Below, piece after piece: positions 58,621-64,000 of a stretch of DNA of 64,000 nucleotides. Under the pieces are notes generated by a model, which saw only the letters and a list, made by a program, of their open reading frames with translations, did no database searches and was not told where the DNA came from. The position numbers and the translations under genes were made by a program. The DNA comes from Promethearchaeota archaeon Loki_b32 (GTDB lineage Archaea; Asgardarchaeota; Lokiarchaeia; Sigyniarchaeales; SOKP01): positions 32,001 to 96,000 of the forward strand of contig NJBH01000010.1 of the NCBI GenBank assembly GCA_005223125.1, written 5' to 3'. Numbering within the stretch: position 1 is the stretch's first letter; each line of letters starts with the position of its first letter.

Positions 58621-58759
58621 AATTTAGCTCACTATCATCTAAAAAAAAATATGAAAAATATAATTTGCTTACGTTAAATATACTATTATACATAATAGAA
58701 AAATTTTTGTAATACAGAATATTACCCCATTAAAGAAAATTCTATGGAGTGAAGAGAAT

Positions 58760-60466
58760 TTGAGTAAGAATTTTCCAGTTCATTGGTTAGAAGAAATTGT
58801 CGAAGAAATTAACTCACGTAAACCTAATGAAATAACACTTTCTACAGGTAAGACTCCGTCAGGCCATATTCATTTAGGAATATTACGTGAAATTATAATT
58901 TGTGATGGGTTGAGAAGGATATTTGAGGAACATGGCAAAAAAGTTAATAATTTATTATTTTTCGACAGTTTAGATGCAGCTAAACGATTTCCCGGATATA
59001 TTCCAGAAAAATTCCAAAAAAAACACCTTGGAAAACCTTTTGCTATGATACCATGCCCTTATGAAAATTGTAATTGTGAGAGTTATGCTCACCATTTTGG
59101 TAACGCTCTAGTAGATACATTTCCAAATTTTGGAATTGAAATAAAAACAATTTGGACCCATAAATTATATAAAACAAAAGAAATGCAGGAAAAAATAAAA
59201 ATTGCTCTTGAAAACACAGATAAAATTAAGGAAATCCTAAAAAAATATATTCTCCCTACATTAAGAGAAGAAGATAAAGAAGCATTCATAGAAATGCAAA
59301 ATAATTGGATGCCAGTGATGGCTATATGTGAAAATTGTAATAAAATTCAGCATCGTGATAATAAAGAGTCTATCAGACCAAATAGAGTAAAGGAATATTT
59401 TCATAATGAAGACGTAGTCTCATATGTATGTGAAGCATGTGGTTATACCGGAAAACTTTCTATCTGGAGTGGAAGATTGAAATTAAATTGGCGTATAGAT
59501 TGGCCTGCTAAGTGGGCTTTATATAAAACCACTTGTGAACCTGCAGGAAAAGATCATAGTGTTAAAGGAGGTGCTTATGATACTGGTATTGAATTATGCC
59601 AAGAGTTATATGATTATGAAGGACCAGTAAAGGTTCCTTATGAATGGTTAAGATTAGGGGATCAAGACATGGGAACTTCTAAAGGCCATGTTTTTATACC
59701 TAAAAAATATCTAGAAATAGCCGATCCAAGAATTTATAGAACAATAATTTTGAGAACCAACCCAATAAAGCATATTACATTTAGGATTGAAGAGCTATCT
59801 CAGTATTATGATTATTATGAAAGAATGGAAGATATATACTATAATTTAGAAAAAACGGAAGGTTTTGAAGAAAGTAGGTTCTTTAAATACCTATATCCTT
59901 TAACCCAAATATCAGATATTCCAAAAACAAAATTAAAACAGTTACCCTTGAAACTTTTAACCTTTTTAACACAAATTCAAAATATTTTAAGTATTGATAA
60001 CCTTTATGAGAAAGCAAAAACATATATGGAAAAAAATGGTTTTAAAAATGTGATTTCACTTCAGGAATTTAAGATATTACTGACCCTAACAAATAATTGG
60101 CTCAAGGAAGTAAAAAAAATTATTGAAAGTGAAGAGGATCCTAAAATCAAAAAGGAGATTATAAGAAAGGTAGAGATTTTTACAATCCCTGAAGAAATCG
60201 ATGAAAATTTGATAAATATCATGGATGAAAAGCAAATTAAAGGAATACAACTGTTAAGAGAATATCTAAAAAATACTGAAGACTTAGAATCTGATTTGAT
60301 TCAAAACAAAATTTTTAATATAGCAAAAAATGATTTGATTCTCCCCCCAAGAAAGTTTTTTGAGTCAATTTACCAAATTATCTTAGGTAAAAAGAGTGGA
60401 CCGCGATTGGGACCTTTTCTTTCTTTATTAGATAAAAATTGGCTATTAAAGAGAATGAATGTTTAA
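58760..60466 (+). CDS. lysS: Lysine--tRNA ligase, class I
   Basis: HW, TPSGHIHLG, KLNWRIDWP, GKDH, MGTSKG, GPRLGPF. Confidence 0.95.
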   Translation: MSKNFPVHWLEEIVEEINSRKPNEITLSTGKTPSGHIHLGILREIIICDGLRRIFEEHGKKVNNLLFFDSLDAAKRFPGYIPEKFQKKHLGKPFAMIPCPYENCNCESYAHHFGNALVDTFPNFGIEIKTIWTHKLYKTKEMQEKIKIALENTDKIKEILKKYILPTLREEDKEAFIEMQNNWMPVMAICENCNKIQHRDNKESIRPNRVKEYFHNEDVVSYVCEACGYTGKLSIWSGRLKLNWRIDWPAKWALYKTTCEPAGKDHSVKGGAYDTGIELCQELYDYEGPVKVPYEWLRLGDQDMGTSKGHVFIPKKYLEIADPRIYRTIILRTNPIKHITFRIEELSQYYDYYERMEDIYYNLEKTEGFEESRFFKYLYPLTQISDIPKTKLKQLPLKLLTFLTQIQNILSIDNLYEKAKTYMEKNGFKNVISLQEFKILLTLTNNWLKEVKKIIESEEDPKIKKEIIRKVEIFTIPEEIDENLINIMDEKQIKGIQLLREYLKNTEDLESDLIQNKIFNIAKNDLILPPRKFFESIYQIILGKKSGPRLGPFLSLLDKNWLLKRMNV

Positions 60467-60499
60467 ATAATTTTAATTAAATATAATAAAAGTATAATA

Positions 60500-60679
60500 T
60501 TACGAATTAGATTCTTTTTTTCTCTTGAATAATTTTCGTTTTTTCTTTTCTTTTAAATTCTGATAACATTCTGGACAATAAGTAAAAGATTCGGAAATCA
60601 TTTCACCACATTTTTTACAATGTTTATGAGGATAAATATAAGTATCTGCTTTTTTTTTATATCTTTCGAATTTACTCAA
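60500..60679 (-). CDS. Small Zn-ribbon protein (DUF2116-like), 59 aa, not in the ORF track
   Basis: TTG start after GGAG; MSKFERYKKKADTYIYPHKHCKKCGEMISESFTYCPECYQNLKEKKKRKLFKRKKESNS. Confidence 0.75.
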   Translation of the reverse strand: MSKFERYKKKADTYIYPHKHCKKCGEMISESFTYCPECYQNLKEKKKRKLFKRKKESNS

Positions 60680-60721
60680 GATTAATCTCCAATTGCTTTT
60701 AAATATATAATTACTAATGGA

Positions 60722-61984
60722 TTATAACTTTTTCACTCCATTTCTATCAATTTTAATTTGATAAAATTGAGTATTTTTCAAAGAATTTGTAATTTCCACA
60801 GGATAAGACGGAAATATAGAAGAAAAAACATCTTTATCGTTAATAATTTCATTTAATTTGTTATGCCAATAACTTAAAACGGTGTCTATTTGATTTGGAT
60901 TCACTAACGCAAAAACAGATCCACCACCTCCCGCACCAGTTAATTTAGCGGCATAAACTTCAGGATTGTCTTCTATTATTTTGATCAAAATATTATTCAC
61001 TAATCCAATTCCATATTTAAAACCAGTCTCTTTCATTATCTCGTTCATAATTCTTGTATTCTCCTTAAAATATTTTCCTAGAAGCTTCCAATTATGACAC
61101 ATTAAAGCAAACCTAGATTTCCACGCTATTTTAGCTAATTCATTATAGCTCTTCAAAATAAGCGGATTTTTCTGTAAATATATCTTCCTTAATTTTCCAT
61201 GTATATCTCCACTTTTATGATATACTCCTGAATAACAAACGATTATAGGGAGATTTTTCAATTCATATACAATATCAATTCTATCATAGATTGCTAAAGG
61301 TTCCTTTGATATATCTTTGTGGTAAAGTTTACCATAATATGAACAAAAACTTAAACCTCCTCTGCTTATAACATATCTGTCGCCATAACCTGAAGTAATT
61401 TTTAAATCTTCATCCTCAATTTTAGTCGCCATTTCTGCTATAATGTCTCTATTTATAGGGAATTCATTTTCTTTTAATTTTTTAAAGTTATTATATAAAT
61501 CAAAATACTTAGCAAATCCAAAGAGAACAGCAATTATTATAGCAGCGCTCCCACCTAAACCACTTTGTTTGGGAATTGTAGTTACTAATCCAATTTCAAT
61601 ATTTGACTTTAAGAAAATTTCTTCAAAATGTGAACTCATTTTATAAAATCTGTAGATACTAGCATAAATTAGTTTATTTTTTCCTTTGAGTTTATTCCTT
61701 ATCTCATTTCTACTCTTTGAAAGTTTTTCCTCATAATTACATTCTACCGACCATTTAAGTATCAATTTTTTCATAGTATATATTTTTAATCGGCTCTCTT
61801 CATTAATTTTTTTAATATATAAAAAAGCAGATAGAGGGTTATCTAAACCATTAATGGCGACTGAAGGCATCCAGAAATCTCCTTCAACGGCATCTAAAGG
61901 ATTGATTAAATTTATTCGTGCGGGGGCTTGAATTACAACATCTGGTTTTAAACTAAAAAAAAACTCCTTTATTGATTTCAGCAA
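60722..61984 (-). CDS. GHMP-family kinase (sugar/sugar-phosphate kinase-like)
   Basis: APARINL, PKQSGLGGSAA, KLTGAGGGG. Confidence 0.88.
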   Translation of the reverse strand: MLKSIKEFFFSLKPDVVIQAPARINLINPLDAVEGDFWMPSVAINGLDNPLSAFLYIKKINEESRLKIYTMKKLILKWSVECNYEEKLSKSRNEIRNKLKGKNKLIYASIYRFYKMSSHFEEIFLKSNIEIGLVTTIPKQSGLGGSAAIIIAVLFGFAKYFDLYNNFKKLKENEFPINRDIIAEMATKIEDEDLKITSGYGDRYVISRGGLSFCSYYGKLYHKDISKEPLAIYDRIDIVYELKNLPIIVCYSGVYHKSGDIHGKLRKIYLQKNPLILKSYNELAKIAWKSRFALMCHNWKLLGKYFKENTRIMNEIMKETGFKYGIGLVNNILIKIIEDNPEVYAAKLTGAGGGGSVFALVNPNQIDTVLSYWHNKLNEIINDKDVFSSIFPSYPVEITNSLKNTQFYQIKIDRNGVKKL

Positions 61985-62143
61985 TTTGACTATCGGGACT
62001 ATAATTTAAATTAATTAATTATAACATGGTTGAAGTATTAAGTTTTATTTTAAGATTTCAATATTAATGTTAAATTGGATAATACTTCTGATGGTTAAGA
62101 AAAAATTTATGTTTTTATAAATCAAGTTAAAAATATTAATGAC

Positions 62144-63274
62144 ATGGTTAAAAAAGGCAAGTACAGACTTTTTTCATATCTTCTTGAAAACCACTTAATC
62201 TATTATAAAAGTTTAAAATTAAATAATAAACTAATTGCATTCGCACTCATAGAATATTCAAATTTCAAATCAGTAGAACCTATTTTGGATGCCTTATTAA
62301 GAAATCGGGTAATAAAATATTACTCTATTCAAATAGAAATTAATGAAAAAAGGGAAAAAATCTTACTTTTAAATTTTGAAGATTACCAAAAAGAAAATAT
62401 AATTAAAGCATTTAACATTGTCCGACAAAATTTAGCAGAAATTGAAAAACCTGTTAAATTTTTAAAAGAAAAAATTTTAGAAAAAAAGTTTTTAACAATT
62501 TTCTTCCAAGATATAAATTCTAGCACATCAATTTCAAAAACTACGGAAGTAATTACAATTTCAGGTGAGAACAAACTAAAAAGTTTTGATTTTTTTAGTA
62601 TTGATTTAAATTCAATTAAAAAAAGAAATTCATTCATTGTAAACTTTATAAATTTAGTCAAGAATTTAGGTAGAAGAGGATTTTTAATATTTAATTTTCA
62701 AATAGAAAATTATGATATCAAAATATCAGCTTATTTCGTAGATGTTTATGAAAATATTAAGAACTCTCTTAATTATGAGGATAAAATTAACAGCTTTTTT
62801 CATTGTAATTTAATTAAGAGACAGTATATTAAAATTCACTCAATCTATTCCTACTTTTGGAGATTAGGAATATCAAATACTTATTTTTTTCTTAGTGATT
62901 TTTATGAATTATTTTTCCCCCAAAAAGACATCTACTCTCAAGAATTATTTGATACTAATAATCAAATTGAAAAAAATTTATTAAGTAATAAAATTGAATA
63001 TTTGAGATTAAGTACTAACTTATTATTAATTGAAAACAGTTATCTTTTTATAATATTAGAAAATTTCAATTCTCAATACATCCATCGAATCCTTAGAGAC
63101 CATTATCCTAAATATTTTATTTATATTTTGATACTAGATGAATTGGGTTATAAAAAATTGTTAAAAATGAATTCTATTAAATTAATAGAAAGTATTAAAG
63201 TTATTCATCCAGAAGAAATACAAAAATTTAATTTTCAAGAATTCAAAAGAATAATACCCTTAAAAGATCCCTAA
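62144..63274 (+). CDS. Hypothetical protein
   Basis: 376-aa ORF; 3' end overlaps rpl23 convergently by 15 nt. Confidence 0.6.
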   Translation: MVKKGKYRLFSYLLENHLIYYKSLKLNNKLIAFALIEYSNFKSVEPILDALLRNRVIKYYSIQIEINEKREKILLLNFEDYQKENIIKAFNIVRQNLAEIEKPVKFLKEKILEKKFLTIFFQDINSSTSISKTTEVITISGENKLKSFDFFSIDLNSIKKRNSFIVNFINLVKNLGRRGFLIFNFQIENYDIKISAYFVDVYENIKNSLNYEDKINSFFHCNLIKRQYIKIHSIYSYFWRLGISNTYFFLSDFYELFFPQKDIYSQELFDTNNQIEKNLLSNKIEYLRLSTNLLLIENSYLFIILENFNSQYIHRILRDHYPKYFIYILILDELGYKKLLKMNSIKLIESIKVIHPEEIQKFNFQEFKRIIPLKDP

Positions 63275-63523
63275 ATCAATAGCAATATCCTGAGCGGAGT
63301 ATTCTGGATGTAGTTTGACGAAAGCTTTTTTCTCTCCCCTTGAAGTAATCAAAGTATTAACTTTTATAACTTTTACATTGTGTAATTTTTCAATAGCTCT
63401 TTTAATTTGATTTTTATTTGCTCGTTTATTTACTATGAAGACCAATTTATTTTCTTTTTCGATTAAGTCAAATGTTTTTTCCGTAATTAAAGGTTTTTTT
63501 ATAATTTTATAAAAGATTTCCAC
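63260..63523 (-). CDS. rpl23: 50S ribosomal protein L23
   Basis: PLITEK, NKLVFIV, KVNTLI, KKAFVKL. Confidence 0.96.
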   Translation of the reverse strand: MEIFYKIIKKPLITEKTFDLIEKENKLVFIVNKRANKNQIKRAIEKLHNVKVIKVNTLITSRGEKKAFVKLHPEYSAQDIAIDLGIF

Positions 63524-63529
63524 TTTTAC

Positions 63530-64000
63530 TTACACCTCATAATTATTCAATTCATTGATTGCAGATTGTGTCCATAGAATTAATCTACCAGATGTTCCTC
63601 CTGGTGCTAAAGCATTAATTGATAAATTTTCAACTTTTATAACATCTGTTCCAGAAATATTTCTTGAAGCTTTAATAATACCAAAATCATCTTTTATTAC
63701 AATTAAAATTCCTTTCTTTTTTTTATATTTTCTACCTCTTGATTTACCCTTTCCTGCTCTTATCTTTTTACTCTTCTTAATTTTTATTAGATCTTCCTTT
63801 AACCCCAAACTACATAAAATTGAATAGATTTTTGATGTTTTTTTAATTGTTTGGATTTTATCATCGACAACTAACGGGATCTCAGGTATATTTTCAATAT
63901 AAAACCCTCCTTTTTTAATCCATGATTTATCTCCAGAAGCAGAAATTGCATAAATTATTGATTGTTTATTTACTTGTTTGTTTATTTTTTTCTCAATCTT
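63530..64000 (-). CDS. rpl4: 50S ribosomal protein L4 (C-terminal part, truncated by window edge)
   Basis: Frame open to 64000: KKINK...IPLVVDD...KIRAGKGKSRGR...LAPGG..GRLILWT. Confidence 0.93.
   Translation of the reverse strand, partial: KIEKKINKQVNKQSIIYAISASGDKSWIKKGGFYIENIPEIPLVVDDKIQTIKKTSKIYSILCSLGLKEDLIKIKKSKKIRAGKGKSRGRKYKKKKGILIVIKDDFGIIKASRNISGTDVIKVENLSINALAPGGTSGRLILWTQSAINELNNYEV

Overview
Very AT-rich archaeal chromosome segment, most likely from an Asgard archaeon of the Lokiarchaeia type. This is inferred from archaeal information genes (TFB, rpl15e, class I LysRS, tgtA, Pop5/Rpp30, ABCE1) together with eukaryote-like proteins (Rag-type GTPase, longin/uDENN protein, roadblock, EMC6-like). 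Most of the window is housekeeping: valS, smc-scpA-scpB, trpB2, pyrI, rqcH, tRNA modification genes, three tRNAs (two with non-canonical introns) and ribosomal proteins. The most notable items are absent from the ORF track. (1) Two homologous 10-aa micropeptide genes (MPCTITPPSA and MPGTITPPLA) in inverted orientation, differing mostly at synonymous positions, flank a 1222-aa putative multi-domain regulator next to an MFS transporter; this is a candidate peptide signalling system. (2) A 16-codon Trp-rich leader ORF (MATVKNITWQWPWRWQ) lies upstream of trpB2, suggesting Trp-sensing attenuation. (3) A 1484-aa SMC has no recognisable canonical hinge and is paired with a ScpA carrying an N-terminal HEH/SAP-like extension. 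(4) There is a candidate box C/D sRNA. (5) Three conserved genes can only be full length with non-canonical start codons. No CRISPR array, rRNA or transposase was seen.
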